DNA of 64,000 nucleotides from Cyanophyceae cyanobacterium (GTDB lineage Bacteria > Cyanobacteriota > Cyanobacteriia > Cyanobacteriales > Laspinemataceae). A model generated the notes under the pieces. That model searched no databases. It saw nothing but the letters and a program-made list of their open reading frames with translations, and was not told the origin of the DNA. This document shows positions 12,031-23,767 of the stretch, in pieces (position 1 is the first letter of the stretch; each line of letters begins with the position of its first letter). The DNA is taken from NCBI GenBank assembly GCA_038321985.1, contig JBBQFN010000027.1, positions 9,325-73,324 on the forward strand, read 5' to 3'. The position numbers were made by a program, and so were the translations under genes.

Positions 12031-12216
12031 AATCGCATTCAAGTCGCGCTTCAGGCGATCACAGAACGCATGACCTTCTATAACGATTTGCTCGAAAAAC
12101 AGGAACGCTATCAGCAGGAAACCCCGGAACAACGGGAGGCGGAAAAGGCATGGATCGAAGAACAAAATCAGCAGATCCAGCAAGTGCGGCAGGGGATAGA
12201 AGCAATTCTGGCTTAG
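12010..12216 (+). pseudogene. Probable C-terminal fragment of a cyanobacterial dynamin-like protein
   Basis: Open frame FNRIQVALQAITERMTFYNDLLEKQERYQQETPEQREAEKAWIEEQNQQ...ILA*; resembles dynamin-family C-termini as recalled; stop at 12007 upstream. Confidence 0.5.
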
Positions 12217-12272
12217 AGAATTGCCGGGTAAAGGCGATAAATGATTGAGACTGACTATCTAGCAGATTTCAA

Positions 12273-12312
12273 AGCCCCTCTCCCAATATGGGAGAGGGGT
12301 TTGGGGTGAGGG
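12273..12312. repeat. Cyanobacterial CCCCTCTCCC...GGGAGAGGGG hairpin repeat
   Basis: CCCCTCTCCCA-ATA-TGGGAGAGGGG-TTTGGGGTGAGGG; looser relatives near 13490-13545 and 29575-29620. Confidence 0.65.
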
Positions 12313-12327
12313 TTCTACCGTATCGCC

Positions 12328-13332
12328 CTATAGTTGTCGCAAAAAGCGTAAATCACTGCTATAAACTCGGCGAATATCATCAATTTGATACAACACCATC
12401 GCAAACCGTTCTACTCCAAATCCAGCGGCAAATCCTGTATAAACCTCCGGATCATAACCCACCGCTTTTAACACATTCGGGTCAACGGTGCCACATCCTA
12501 ACACTTCCAACCATTTCCCTTTCCACTGCACATCCACCTCCGCTGAAGGTTCAGTGAAGGGGAAATAACTGGGACGGAACCGCAAGGGTAAATCTTCCCC
12601 AAACATTTGGCGGACAAACTCTTTCAATGTGCCTTTGAGGTCCGTGAAAGTAATTCCCTTATCGATCGCCAAAATTTCAATCTGATGGAACACTGCCGCG
12701 TGAGTCGCATCCACCGTATCCCGGCGATAGACCCGTCCAGGGGCCACAATCCGTACCGGAGGTTCATGTTTTTCCATGTAGCGAATCTGCACCGGCGAGG
12801 TATGGGTGCGTAGCAGGTTACCATCGGGGAGATAGAAGGTATCCTGCATATCCCGCGCTGGATGGTCGGGAGGCGTGTTCAGGGCCTCGAAATTATAATA
12901 GTCCGTTTCCATTTCTGGTCCCGTGGCGACGGTGTATCCCATCCCCACAAAAATATCGATCGCCCGGTCAATCACCGCATTCAAAGGGTGAATCCGACCC
13001 TGGGGACGATACAATCCCGGCATCGTCACATCCAGAGTTTCTGCCGCGAGTTGCCCTTGAATTTGGGCATTGAGTAAATCCTTGTTCCGCCCTTCCAGTT
13101 GGCCTTGCAGCGCTTCCTTGACCTCGTTGGCTAGAGAACCAATTCGGGGTCGGTCCGCAGCCTCTAATTTTCCCATACCTCGCAAGATTTGAGAAAGCTG
13201 CCCTTTTTTGCCCAGGTAGTTCACTCGCAATTGTTCGAGCTCATCAAGGGTATTCACCGAGGCGACTGCGCCTACTGCATCCTGGCGCAGGTTTTCTAGT
13301 TGGTTCTCTAAATCACTAAGCTGAGTAGTCAT
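12328..13332 (-). CDS. pheS: Phenylalanine-tRNA ligase alpha subunit
   Basis: [38 protein letters not shown]. Confidence 0.99.
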   Translation of the reverse strand: MTTQLSDLENQLENLRQDAVGAVASVNTLDELEQLRVNYLGKKGQLSQILRGMGKLEAADRPRIGSLANEVKEALQGQLEGRNKDLLNAQIQGQLAAETLDVTMPGLYRPQGRIHPLNAVIDRAIDIFVGMGYTVATGPEMETDYYNFEALNTPPDHPARDMQDTFYLPDGNLLRTHTSPVQIRYMEKHEPPVRIVAPGRVYRRDTVDATHAAVFHQIEILAIDKGITFTDLKGTLKEFVRQMFGEDLPLRFRPSYFPFTEPSAEVDVQWKGKWLEVLGCGTVDPNVLKAVGYDPEVYTGFAAGFGVERFAMVLYQIDDIRRVYSSDLRFLRQL

Positions 13333-13638
13333 GCCACGAGTTTCAATCCATATTTCCCGCCATGACGAGTTTAGCGTAAAGGGTCACCCCGAATCAGCCT
13401 AGAGCAGGGGTAGGAGATAAGGAGCCCACTTACAAGAGTAGTTTTTTTACGTTCAGGGGAATTTGCCTCACAGTTAAGTGAACTTCCGGTCCCCTCCCCA
13501 AGGCATCGGCGAGGGGACAGGAGGTGTAGTTGGGGCCAGGGGTGAAATTGGGCTGATCGACTGAACCCCGAACGGTTGAAGATTGCACTTCGTGGGATCT
13601 GGCACAATGAAAGATGTCCACTTGCGTTCAATGAACTG

Positions 13639-14025
13639 ATGACCATCGTCCTATCCTTTGCAGACATTGCCCGGTATCGGTCTGAATTAGCCAATTATCC
13701 TGATGCACTCGTTGCCTTGGATGCGATCGAGGATTGTGAGGGAGATATAGAGGATGCGGCGATCGGGCTGGCTATTCAGGCCGGACAAGAACCGGATACC
13801 TCGGAACGGTGGTTAGAAGGGGTTGCCAAACGATGCCGCGCTTTTCTGTGTCAAGCTGACAACCGCACGGCGTTAGAGGCGGGTAACCTGAATCAAATCA
13901 TGGAATCCCTGACCCAATCTCGTCTATGTCCGCCCATCTTGGCGACCCCTGTGATTATTTTTGTGTTGGAAACGGGGGTAGAAACTTTTTGTGAACCTCT
14001 GAATTATCAACTCTCATCGGAGTAG
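13639..14025 (+). CDS. Conserved hypothetical protein
   Basis: ORF 13576..14025, likely ATG 13639 (MTIVLSF...IEDCEGDIEDAAI). Confidence 0.8.
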   Translation: MTIVLSFADIARYRSELANYPDALVALDAIEDCEGDIEDAAIGLAIQAGQEPDTSERWLEGVAKRCRAFLCQADNRTALEAGNLNQIMESLTQSRLCPPILATPVIIFVLETGVETFCEPLNYQLSSE

Positions 14026-14213
14026 AAAAATATGAGCGTTCTTGGGGGATATTTTATCAGAATGCAGTCGCTTTTTTCTAGGATTAGATTGTTCAAAGCT
14101 GATTCTGGGACTGGCGTAATTCACCCCGAGACTCCCCATTTTACCCATTGCTCTTGCTCCTTAATTTGAGTCAAGATGATACAGATAGGTTGTTGTTAGC
14201 TTTGTTTTTCTGA

Positions 14214-15011
14214 ATGAAACTTTTAATTAGTAACGACGATGGCATTTACTCGCCCGGTGTTTATGCCTTGGCCCAGACCCTTAATGCTGCCCACCATGAG
14301 GTAACAGTTGTTTGTCCCGATCGCGAACGTTCTGCCACGGGACATGGATTAACCATGCACCATCCCATTCGCGCTGAAGTGGTGGAATCGGTGTTTGCTC
14401 CCGGTATCAAAGCCTGGGCCTGTTCAGGGACCCCGGCAGATTGTGTGAAATTAGCACTGTGGGCTTTATTGGACAGTCCCCCGGATTTCATCCTCTCTGG
14501 AATTAACCGAGGCCAGAATTTAGGGACGGATATCCTCTACTCGGGGACCGTTTCGGCGGCAATGGAAGGAACTATCGAAGGCATTCCCAGTATTGCTTTT
14601 AGTCTGGCGAGTTATGTGTCCCCAGATTTTCAACCCGGGGCAGAATTTGCGGTTTCTTTACTGGCATTTCTGGAAAAAAACCCGTTACCGGCGTCGATGC
14701 TGCTGAATGTCAATATTCCCCCAGGACCCGCAGAGAACTTTGCCGGGGTTGCCCTGACGCGCCAAGGGATTCGCCGCTATGTGGATATTTTTGAAAAGCG
14801 GATTGACCCTCGGGGGAATACTTATTATTGGTTGGCCGGGGAAGTGTTAGAAGAGGTGGAACAGACCCTCGACCCAAAGCTGGGGGTGAGTTTGCCTACG
14901 GATGTAGATGCAATTCGGAAAAATTATATTACCCTGACGCCCCTGCATTACAATTTGACCTCTCCGGTGGGGGTGGATTTGTTGCAGGGATGGGAATTTC
15001 CCTGGAAATAA
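14214..15011 (+). CDS. surE: 5'/3'-nucleotidase SurE
   Basis: [32 protein letters not shown]. Confidence 0.98.
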   Translation: MKLLISNDDGIYSPGVYALAQTLNAAHHEVTVVCPDRERSATGHGLTMHHPIRAEVVESVFAPGIKAWACSGTPADCVKLALWALLDSPPDFILSGINRGQNLGTDILYSGTVSAAMEGTIEGIPSIAFSLASYVSPDFQPGAEFAVSLLAFLEKNPLPASMLLNVNIPPGPAENFAGVALTRQGIRRYVDIFEKRIDPRGNTYYWLAGEVLEEVEQTLDPKLGVSLPTDVDAIRKNYITLTPLHYNLTSPVGVDLLQGWEFPWK

Positions 15012-15693
15012 GCCCGGTGAGTCCAGCGGTTGTGGGATTGAATGGCGGAACTGATATTGGGTTAGGGAATAGGGGAATGCTGTTAGAGAAGCGATCGCAC
15101 GGATAGGGAGGCCGATTCAACTTTATGAACTTAGGTCAAAAAGGATTGAATGTAAAGTTTTGTAATCAATCGCCGGTTACCGCGTTGATCCCTGATAGGT
15201 AAAGGTAAATTTCCCAGACTAGAGGGGGGCGATCGCCTGGTGATGTATTGAGATATATGACAGCGGATTTACGGGAAAAAGAAAAGCACAGTAGACTAAG
15301 AATTAAAGAAGGAAAGCTATCCCACTCCGTTTCCCTTCCCTTGAATCCGACTCAAACCCAGTGCCGCTCCATTTAGTTCATACTGTTCTTTAAGGGAATC
15401 GTGCTTCTCCCCGGGTGGAGACGCGAGGCGAACGGCCAGGGGCAGATTATCCGATGTCAAACGCGCATTGGAATGTCAACCCCACTAGATAGCGCTTAAT
15501 TTGAATCGGCAAGGCCAGTCTCCAGAGCCAATCCAGAGATGGAACACCCTAGGAGCCAACGTCAGAAGGGATAAGATCAAGAGCGGGATAACCCCTGCAA
15601 GCCCTGAGCTTGCGTTTACAACCAAAGCGACGCCACTGGTGTTGTGTTGACCACAATAGATCCATTACGGTTTTGGGAAAACGGGAAAGTCGA

Positions 15694-16095
15694 ATGAACG
15701 CGCATATCTTCGAGAGTCACTCTGTCTTATGCCCCGTATGCAATCGCTCTGGACAGTCAAATCCAGGGGAGATTTTGGGCGGACTCTATACCTGCCCTCA
15801 TTGTCAAGCTCGATTAGTGATTAGTTGGAGCGGTCATTACGTTAGAGACCCCTTCATTTTTAAACAATTGTCTGTGGCGCGGTTGCTGCGACGTCAGAGT
15901 AGCCCAGTGGCTCGGATTCTCAGGGATGTGGGAATTAAAAAACGCCCTTCGGTTTGGGCGGTGTTGGCGGGCGTAGTAGTCGCCAGTCTGACCTTTGTGA
16001 CTTTAGAAGGTTGGAGTGGCGATCGCCATCCCTTCGGGCAGTTTCTAGAAGACAATGGCGAGGTGAGGGACTCCTTTCAGGAGTCTTTGGAATGA
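15694..16095 (+). CDS. Zinc-ribbon membrane-anchored hypothetical protein
   Basis: CPVC...CPHC followed by a hydrophobic helix; likely ATG 15694. Confidence 0.8.
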   Translation: MNAHIFESHSVLCPVCNRSGQSNPGEILGGLYTCPHCQARLVISWSGHYVRDPFIFKQLSVARLLRRQSSPVARILRDVGIKKRPSVWAVLAGVVVASLTFVTLEGWSGDRHPFGQFLEDNGEVRDSFQESLE

Positions 16096-16197
16096 GTCGG
16101 TGTCCAGGGGGACACCACTATTCCCCAGCTTAAGTCCCGCAGCGATCGCCCCAAGATGAGAGGTTGGGGCGAGTATTTTTTTCTTTGTAGCATTTCG

Positions 16198-17826
16198 TTA
16201 CCGCAATTCCGGTGTAACTAGCAGCCACCCTTCACCGGCACTCTGAATTTGACTAGACCCGAGATTGAGAGCTTCTAAGGTGGGGCGATCGATGAGGAAA
16301 TAAGGATGGTCCTGTTCCCGCCAATACTGTTGGAGTTCGTCTGTGGTAGCGGGAATGACTTGGCGATCGCTATAAAAATTTAAAGAAGGCCGATAGTAGG
16401 GAAATGAGGTGTAAATCGGTTCACCGGGGGGAGTCAGTTGGGCGATCGCCACGGCAACAGGTTTCACAGGATACGATTCGTTGAGTTCCCAAACCCAATG
16501 GGGTGACGTCACGAATAAACACAGCGAAACGAACATCCCCCAGAACAAAATCAGTATAAATTGTGGGTCCTGGTGATAAATGAGCAAGGCGGAGATACTT
16601 AGGGTTAACGCTACGGAAATTAACAGAACAGGCAAGTAAGTCCCATAGGTGGGCTCGATGACGCCGAAATAAAAGCTGCCTCCCCACAACAGGACGGATA
16701 GGGTACCGAGAATTGCAATCCAAGCGACGGGATAGAGGGGGTCGCGGTTGAAGGGTTCTACCGTTTTGCGATCGGCCCAGACTTGAGCCAGTTTTGCACC
16801 ACAGGCGAGGGCGAGGGCGGGATAAAGCGGTAACACATACCAGGGCAATTTAGTCCCCATCACCGTGATCGCCACAAAATAGATAATGGTCCAAACCCCG
16901 ACTAATTTGGCCCAACTCAGGGTGCGATTTTCCCAAGCTAACTGTAATCCCTGGGGTAAAAACAAGAACCAAGGCCAGGAATATTTCAACAATTCTAATA
17001 GATAATACCAGGGCGGGCCAGCGTTACTCTCCACCGGTGCCCACACCCGTTGTAAAGACTGGATGCCAAAATGGGCCGAGAGAAAGGCATCCCCGTAATG
17101 CTGCCATTGGGCCAGATACCAGAGGGTGACGGGGGTCATTCCCAAGGCGATGCCAATCCACAAATACCAAGAACGGAGCAGGCGAGGGGTATCCCAGAGG
17201 GTAAAGGCGAGGGCGATGGTTCCGAGTAAGACTCCCATCATGCCTTTGGTCATGCAAATCAGACCCAAACCGAGGCCGACCCCCAGACCCCAACGCAAAT
17301 CCCGGCGCGATCGCAGCAGACACCAAACCATTAATAAGAAAAAGCATTGCACCCCTCCATCTAACATGGCGAGACGTCCGTGGCGAACCACCGGCAACAG
17401 GGTTAGATAGACTAAGGCCGAGAAAATTGCAGGCGATCGCAGGCGAAACACTTCCCGAGCAATTCCATATAGCAGGGGAACCGACAAAGCCGACAGCATC
17501 GCTCCGGGTAACCGTGTCGTCCACTCATTCACCCCCCCGAAAAAATAAGCCCATGCAATCAACAAATGCACTAGAGGCGGTTTATTAAAATAGGGTTCTC
17601 CTCCACTCGTCGGATACAGCCAATCTAATGAACCTTGGTAGATGTCACGGGCGACTCCCGCAACAATGCCCTCATCCCAGTCTCGTAATGGCAGGACCCC
17701 CAGATCGAATTGATAGAGGAGAATTGCTGCAATGAGTAGCAACAGGACCCAGAGTTGTTCGCCCCAATGTTGGGTACGAATTGATTTCTTATTTGATTCG
17801 TGCAGGGTGAAAATTTCCTGGTACAT
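16198..17826 (-). CDS. ArnT/PMT-like GT-C membrane glycosyltransferase
   Basis: DWDEG, KPPL, RLP motifs; many TM helices. Confidence 0.92.
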   Translation of the reverse strand: MYQEIFTLHESNKKSIRTQHWGEQLWVLLLLIAAILLYQFDLGVLPLRDWDEGIVAGVARDIYQGSLDWLYPTSGGEPYFNKPPLVHLLIAWAYFFGGVNEWTTRLPGAMLSALSVPLLYGIAREVFRLRSPAIFSALVYLTLLPVVRHGRLAMLDGGVQCFFLLMVWCLLRSRRDLRWGLGVGLGLGLICMTKGMMGVLLGTIALAFTLWDTPRLLRSWYLWIGIALGMTPVTLWYLAQWQHYGDAFLSAHFGIQSLQRVWAPVESNAGPPWYYLLELLKYSWPWFLFLPQGLQLAWENRTLSWAKLVGVWTIIYFVAITVMGTKLPWYVLPLYPALALACGAKLAQVWADRKTVEPFNRDPLYPVAWIAILGTLSVLLWGGSFYFGVIEPTYGTYLPVLLISVALTLSISALLIYHQDPQFILILFWGMFVSLCLFVTSPHWVWELNESYPVKPVAVAIAQLTPPGEPIYTSFPYYRPSLNFYSDRQVIPATTDELQQYWREQDHPYFLIDRPTLEALNLGSSQIQSAGEGWLLVTPELR

Positions 17827-18356
17827 GATGTTTTAAAAGCAACCAGAGAGAATACGGGGTTTCGGGAGGCCAGGGTGAGTACAACCGGGAGCAATTTGGT
17901 AGAGCGCTCTTACCCCGGTAGGATTGGCTCCTCTACAAATCGTGCAATCTTTCAAAAATCTTAACGGATTCTGGTTTGGCCCGAGAGTTCGAGTCAACTC
18001 CTTTTAGCTTTCCCAATCCCTAGTCGCAAATCTAACATCCCAAACCTATTTTTTTTAAATTGTCAACGGTCCCGAGAGAGAAAAACCCGGCGATCGCAGT
18101 GTTTAGGTTCATTCAGCCCAAAAACCCCAGGGCGATCGCGGGAACTTTCGGTGATAATTTAGCCCCTGGCTGAGAACTTTGCACGCCCCCACCCGGCGCA
18201 TCGCCGTCTCCTCCTGCGTTTTTACTTCGGCGAGGATTAAATGTCTTGATATTTTTTTAATCTCCCCGATTTTTTTAGAGTCGCTCCGTATAGTAATCAA
18301 TGACAAACTTAAAAAAAGTTGAGTCAGTCCTGCACCTACCTAAATGATAATTCATC

Positions 18357-19871
18357 ATGAACATTCCTTTTATTCTAGACCTTGCCATCGGGCTAATTTT
18401 TGTTTATTTAATTCTCAGTCTCCTCGCCTCGGAAATTCAAGAATTAATAACTACCCTACTTCAGTGGCGGGCCGAACATTTAAAAAAATCAATTGAAGTG
18501 TTGATTGGAGGGACGAAAGAAAGTGAAGAAACCCGCAAAGCTAGAATCCTTGCCAATCAACTGTATGCTCACCCCTTAATCAAAGACCTTAATCAAGAGG
18601 CCAAAGGAGCTGTGGCCCAAGGATTTAGAAAAATGGGGTCGGTATTTTTTATACTTTATCAAAAGATGACCCATACCGAAAATGTTTTTGGAGAGAATGA
18701 CGGAGGTCCTTCTTACATTAGTCCTGACTTTTTCGCGGTTACCTTGATGGATATTTTAGGCATTGACAAAATCTCTCATGCCTTCAGTCTTGCTCGGACA
18801 GAAAAGTTTAAACAAGAGCAATTACAAGAAATTTTCAATTTAAGTAAAAATGCAAATCTTAGTGAAATTAACGCTGCTATTTTCAAGGAAGAGCTAACCG
18901 TTTGCGGCCATAATTTTAACGAACTGGTGACGAATTATGCGAACGAAGAAATTACCTTACCCATGTTTGTTGAGTTAATGGAGGAACGGTTTGGGTTATT
19001 TCTGGACAATACGCGGCTGGCTTTTGCCGCCGAAGGGGAAGGGGAAACCTCTGAATTTTTGATCCAGCGAATCACTGCAATCGGCAAGCGAATTTATGGA
19101 GAAGCGGGCAAGAAAGTGCTCTTAAAAAATTTAAAGCCCGAACCTAAAGAAATTGTGGCGAGTCTTCCCCGATACAAAGAGGTTTATGTAGAGATGCAGC
19201 AAATATTTCAGGATAAAGATAGCCCAGCCTATCGGGGAATTGAATCTGCATTTCAAGAGTTGGGTAGAGTGATAGAATTATTACCCGAATCTCTCAAGGA
19301 AAGTTTAGGAGTCTTAGCAAAACGTGCCCAACAGAAGAATGAGGGCGTGCAAGATACTCTCAATACGTTTCAGCAAGAAATCGAAATTTGGTTCGATCGC
19401 TCGATGGAACGGTCTTCTGGCGTGTACAAACGCAATGCCCGAGGGATTGCAATTTTGATCGGAATTCTGGTGGCAGCGATCGCCAATGCAGATACCATTT
19501 ATATTGTGAGTAGCTTGTCAAAAGACCCGGTTTTACGGGCGACAGTCACTCAAAATGCTCAAAGTATAGTTAACGCCCAACCGATTCACGACCCCCAAGA
19601 ATTAGAAAATATCAAGGGACAACTGAGAGAATCGCTTCAAGATATCTCTTTACCCATTGGTTGGAGTGAAGTCAATATGAAAGAACAACGGGCTCAAAAT
19701 CGGCAGTGGCGAATCCCCTTCGTTAAACAATTGGCGGGATGGTTAATCAGTGGAATTGCAATTTCGATGGGGTCAAGTTTTTGGTTTGATCTCCTGGGTA
19801 AGATTGTGAATGTTCGCAATGCCGGAAAGGGGTCATCTTCCACGGATGATCGCTCTTCCCGATCGCTGTAA
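18357..19871 (+). CDS. Conserved hypothetical membrane protein
   Basis: 504-aa ORF with terminal TM segments, LPIGW and GSSFWFDLL. Confidence 0.85.
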   Translation: MNIPFILDLAIGLIFVYLILSLLASEIQELITTLLQWRAEHLKKSIEVLIGGTKESEETRKARILANQLYAHPLIKDLNQEAKGAVAQGFRKMGSVFFILYQKMTHTENVFGENDGGPSYISPDFFAVTLMDILGIDKISHAFSLARTEKFKQEQLQEIFNLSKNANLSEINAAIFKEELTVCGHNFNELVTNYANEEITLPMFVELMEERFGLFLDNTRLAFAAEGEGETSEFLIQRITAIGKRIYGEAGKKVLLKNLKPEPKEIVASLPRYKEVYVEMQQIFQDKDSPAYRGIESAFQELGRVIELLPESLKESLGVLAKRAQQKNEGVQDTLNTFQQEIEIWFDRSMERSSGVYKRNARGIAILIGILVAAIANADTIYIVSSLSKDPVLRATVTQNAQSIVNAQPIHDPQELENIKGQLRESLQDISLPIGWSEVNMKEQRAQNRQWRIPFVKQLAGWLISGIAISMGSSFWFDLLGKIVNVRNAGKGSSSTDDRSSRSL

Positions 19872-20168
19872 AGGGATCGAGGCAATAGAAACGGCGATCG
19901 CCTGCGATCGCCGTTTTGCATATCCGGAGTCCCTATCGGTTAACTCCCCGGCGATCGTCCTCCGGATGCCGGCAACAGCGCTTAATCTCCCAAACCCCAG
20001 TCCCTGGAAGTCCTTGTCACCCTGAAGGGAGAAGGTTCCACGAGGCGATCGGCAACCAAAAACCCGTTCCGGACCCCCTCACTCTTTACCCTATCAACAG
20101 CTTACCTATAAAATAGGGGGTAAAATTGATATAATTTGGAGTGTTGATGTGACAGGGGGCTGTCCATA

Positions 20169-21170
20169 ATGACCGATCGCATTCAAGAACTGGAAGACCG
20201 AAATAGTCAATTAGAGCAGAAAGTCGAACAACTGACTCAACAATTAACTAACCAGGATCAACAACTTCAAGATAGCTTACAAGAATTGAACCGACTGCAA
20301 CAGCATCTGCTCCAAATGGAAAAAATGTCGATGCTGGGTCAAATGGTAGCGGGAATTTCCCATGAAATTAATAATCCTATTAATTTTATTTATGGCAACT
20401 TACCCTATGTTGAGGAACACGTAGAAGATCTATTTAAAGTTTTGTCAGCGTATCAAGAAGGATACCCAGACAATGCCGAAGCGGTAGAGGAAATACTAGA
20501 AGAAGTTGAACTCGATTACGTTCTGGAAGATTTGCCTCGGATTATGGGGTCCATCAAAGTTGGGGCGGAACGGATTCGTGACTTGGTACTGACCCTACGA
20601 AATTTCTATCGCTTGGATGAACCGGATATGAAACTTGCCGATTTACAAGAAGGGTTAGAAAGTACCTTAGTGCTACTCAACAATCGATATAAACAGAATA
20701 TCGAAGTAGTTTGTGAATTTGGCAAGGTTCCTAAAATCGAATGTTATATTAATCAAATTAATCAAGTTTTTATGAATTTGATTAATAATGCGATCGATTC
20801 TTTAGAAGAACCTGAAAAACCCGAGGCAGAAAAATCAGAACGAAAACCAGCTAAAAAGAAAATTATTATCAAAACCGAAGAATTGCCGAATAATCGGGTT
20901 GCTATTACGGTTTCTGATAACGGTCCCGGAATTCCTCCCGATATTGAAAATCGGGTTTTCGAGCCATTTTTTACCACCAAAGCGATGGGGGTAGGAACGG
21001 GATTAGGATTATCAATTTCTAAAAAAATTATTGAAGAAAACCATCACGGAAAAATATTTTGTACTTCCGACCTGACCGCAGGCAGTACCTTTACGGTAGA
21101 ACTACCTCGGTCTCAACCCAAAGAGGCCGAAGAGTCGGCGGAGTCACAAAAACCAGCAGTTCAGGTTTAG
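20169..21170 (+). CDS. Cytoplasmic histidine kinase lacking a sensor domain
   Basis: Coiled coil, SHEINNP H-box, NLINNA, DNGPG, FFTTK, GTGLGL. Confidence 0.95.
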   Translation: MTDRIQELEDRNSQLEQKVEQLTQQLTNQDQQLQDSLQELNRLQQHLLQMEKMSMLGQMVAGISHEINNPINFIYGNLPYVEEHVEDLFKVLSAYQEGYPDNAEAVEEILEEVELDYVLEDLPRIMGSIKVGAERIRDLVLTLRNFYRLDEPDMKLADLQEGLESTLVLLNNRYKQNIEVVCEFGKVPKIECYINQINQVFMNLINNAIDSLEEPEKPEAEKSERKPAKKKIIIKTEELPNNRVAITVSDNGPGIPPDIENRVFEPFFTTKAMGVGTGLGLSISKKIIEENHHGKIFCTSDLTAGSTFTVELPRSQPKEAEESAESQKPAVQV

Positions 21171-21234
21171 GAAGGCCGGAAATTTTTAAGGTTTAATTCA
21201 GTACATTAATTGCGGTGACCTGAGCGAAAAACTC

Positions 21235-22530
21235 TTAAAAAATAAAGATAATTTTAAGCTGCCAAACTTTGCCTTGGCGACAGATTTCGATTTGGCGAAT
21301 GAATTCCCGAAAGTAGAATCGCCGTTCGGTTTCAGATAAATCGAGCCAAAATTGAGGCAAAGAAACAGCTTGGGCCGTTTCGCGGAGGTTAACCGGGGGC
21401 AGTTGTGCCAGTTGACTTTGGAGGTGGGAAATTTCTGTGCTGAGTTTGTAACGGCGCAAATCCGCAGTCTCGGGATCTAAGATACCGTCTTCCCGCAGTT
21501 GGGGCAGTTGCGTCAAAATCTGTTGCTTGGTGGCGATCGCCCCTTGAATCTGCTGCTTAATTCCCCCAATTTGGCCCATTTCTAACCCCGCAACAGCGCG
21601 CGGTAACTCTTGACAGACCTGGGCGATCGCCTGCTGTAATACGGCGTCGTAGGGAACAGATTTACATTTAGGCTGACGTAGACATCCGGTGGGGCGCAAA
21701 TACAAATACTCCCGACTGCCCTGATGCGCCCTCGCCTGAGAGACTGCCATTGAGGAATGACACTCCCCACAGACCACCAATCCCGCCAAGGAACGGGGTG
21801 CACTGGCAGTACGCGGGGGGATTCGTCGATTACGGCGCAGGAGGCGATCGACTTGCGCGGCTTCCTCTCGGGAGACGATCGCCACATGAGTATTGGAGAG
21901 TACCAACCCATTTTTATAAGCCAAATCTCCCCGATAAGTGGGATTTGTCAACCATCGCCGTCCCGTCGTCACGGAAATTTTTTTGCTGTGTTTCCGCTCT
22001 AAATAGCGCACGGCACCGCGTAAAGACCCGTAGAGGAGAAATTGCTCAAAAAAGTCTTTAACAACGGCAGCAGCAGCACGATCGAGGGCATAGCGGTCTT
22101 TGCCGCGTCGATACCCGAAGGGGGCTTTTCCCGGTGGGGGAATTGCTTGGATACGATTTTTGGCGTGTCCTTTGCGAATTTGACGAGAACGTTGCACGCT
22201 TTCAATTTCCGAGAGGAGTTTCAGCAGTTCCGTGCGCGTCAGGGGGGCGTCAAGGGTAGCCGTTGCATTTTCCGTGGCAATAATTTGGACTTTAAGTTCT
22301 TCCAATTCTGCCATGCGATCGCAAACATCGCGAACCGAGTCCCCCAATTCTTCAATCCGACGAATTAACAAATAATCGGCGGTTTCCTCTTGACACTCAT
22401 TCAGTAGTTGTTGCAGGTGAGTGCGATCGCCTAAATCTCGATACACGCGATCGACTTCCCATCCCCAAATTGCCGGATCACTGGGAGATTCTAATAGCGG
22501 GTCACTATATAAATAGGCAATAATTTTCAT
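21235..22530 (-). CDS. Large serine recombinase-family protein with degenerate catalytic domain
   Basis: Resolvase-like N-terminus, PFGYR, LTNPTYRG, zinc ribbon (LAGLVVCGEC), coiled coil. Confidence 0.85.
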   Translation of the reverse strand: MKIIAYLYSDPLLESPSDPAIWGWEVDRVYRDLGDRTHLQQLLNECQEETADYLLIRRIEELGDSVRDVCDRMAELEELKVQIIATENATATLDAPLTRTELLKLLSEIESVQRSRQIRKGHAKNRIQAIPPPGKAPFGYRRGKDRYALDRAAAAVVKDFFEQFLLYGSLRGAVRYLERKHSKKISVTTGRRWLTNPTYRGDLAYKNGLVLSNTHVAIVSREEAAQVDRLLRRNRRIPPRTASAPRSLAGLVVCGECHSSMAVSQARAHQGSREYLYLRPTGCLRQPKCKSVPYDAVLQQAIAQVCQELPRAVAGLEMGQIGGIKQQIQGAIATKQQILTQLPQLREDGILDPETADLRRYKLSTEISHLQSQLAQLPPVNLRETAQAVSLPQFWLDLSETERRFYFREFIRQIEICRQGKVWQLKIIFIF

Positions 22531-22893
22531 TTAAACTTGAGTCAGTTCTATTACATTGCCATCGGGGTCTTGAGTAAATAAAGCAGCACGTCCGGAGGCA
22601 CTGATTTGAACCGCACAATCATGGGCGAGCAAATGGGCTTTCGCTGTTTCTAAGTTGGCAACTCCCAAAGCAAGGTGAGGATTGCGTCCCAGTTTTTCCC
22701 CATTGGCGAGGGTCAAATTAAGGGTTTTATCAACAATTAAGTGCAGTTGAACCGTACCAACTTGATACCATATTCCGGCATAACTAAACGGGCGATCTAC
22801 TTTTTGAAGCCCCAGAACCGTACTATAAAACTGTTCGGCCTGCTCCAAGTCAGAGACTAAAATGGCAGCATGAAGATATTGAATAATTTGCAT
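22531..22893 (-). CDS. VOC/glyoxalase family protein
   Basis: HAAILVSDL, FYSTVLGL, DPDGNVIEL. Confidence 0.93.
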   Translation of the reverse strand: MQIIQYLHAAILVSDLEQAEQFYSTVLGLQKVDRPFSYAGIWYQVGTVQLHLIVDKTLNLTLANGEKLGRNPHLALGVANLETAKAHLLAHDCAVQISASGRAALFTQDPDGNVIELTQV

Positions 22894-23007
22894 AGGACAT
22901 CCTCGAAAAAATAGCGGTATTTTGATTAAAAACTCGGCGGTGGGAAATTTGTTTGGGGGGTTTTATATGCTAAAAGGGAGGGAGTTTCTTTTTTTTCTTA
23001 GAGTTCT

Positions 23008-23274
23008 ATGTCACAACAACCTTCTCTCAATCCCTGGAATTATAAACCCTGGTGGTGTCAGCCCTGGTCAATTCTGTTAACGGGTATTACCTTGATTGTT
23101 GGCAGTTGGCTGGTGTTTCACAAACTCTGGGTGACGGCAGTCGTTGCGGTCCCTCTGGTGGTGTGGATGGGGTTTTTCTTATTAGTTTGGCCGAGGTTGA
23201 TGATTGAAAGTGGGATTTTGGAGCGTTACGAAGCCGGGTTAGGGGAACGGGGAAGGATTGAAGAGGAAGGGTAA
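23008..23274 (+). CDS. Small conserved membrane protein
   Basis: KPWWCQPWSI followed by two TM helices. Confidence 0.8.
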   Translation: MSQQPSLNPWNYKPWWCQPWSILLTGITLIVGSWLVFHKLWVTAVVAVPLVVWMGFFLLVWPRLMIESGILERYEAGLGERGRIEEEG

Positions 23275-23767
23275 GGCTAGACACAGTTTTTACAGCAATA
23301 TCATAGTTTGATGCTTTTGTTGAGGTTTTTTTGGAGTGGGGCGATCGCCCCAGGAGCGAAGGGGCTAAACTTGAATTCCTCTCAGCGGTCATCTCAGCAG
23401 CAACATAGGGGTCCTAAGCTGGCCGGTGTAAAAGAAATTGGCGCGTAGATAACGGGCTAATTTTGGACTAACACTGTCACTCGGGATGTAGCAATCGCGC
23501 ATCCCGTCTCCGAAAGATTTACCCATTCCCGTGATAACTGCTAGACGAAAGGGGGAAAATTATCTAGTAAGTGTTGAGCAAACGCAGTTACCTTTAATAC
23601 ATTTATCTTAACTTTCTAGCGCTCTTAATTTTGTTTTAATTATTTATAGGAAGGTTTCGTCGCAATTAGTGCAGGAGTCTGGCTTCCCAGCCAGGTGGGT
23701 TGGAGAACGCAAAGCGTGCATCTACGAGGGCTCCATCAAACGTCAGAACGCTGAAGGGAACAGATAT

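Noticed and set aside
21235..22530. Prophage or excision element anchored on the recombinase
   Set aside because: No att repeats, phage genes or interrupted host gene; catalytic motifs are degenerate.
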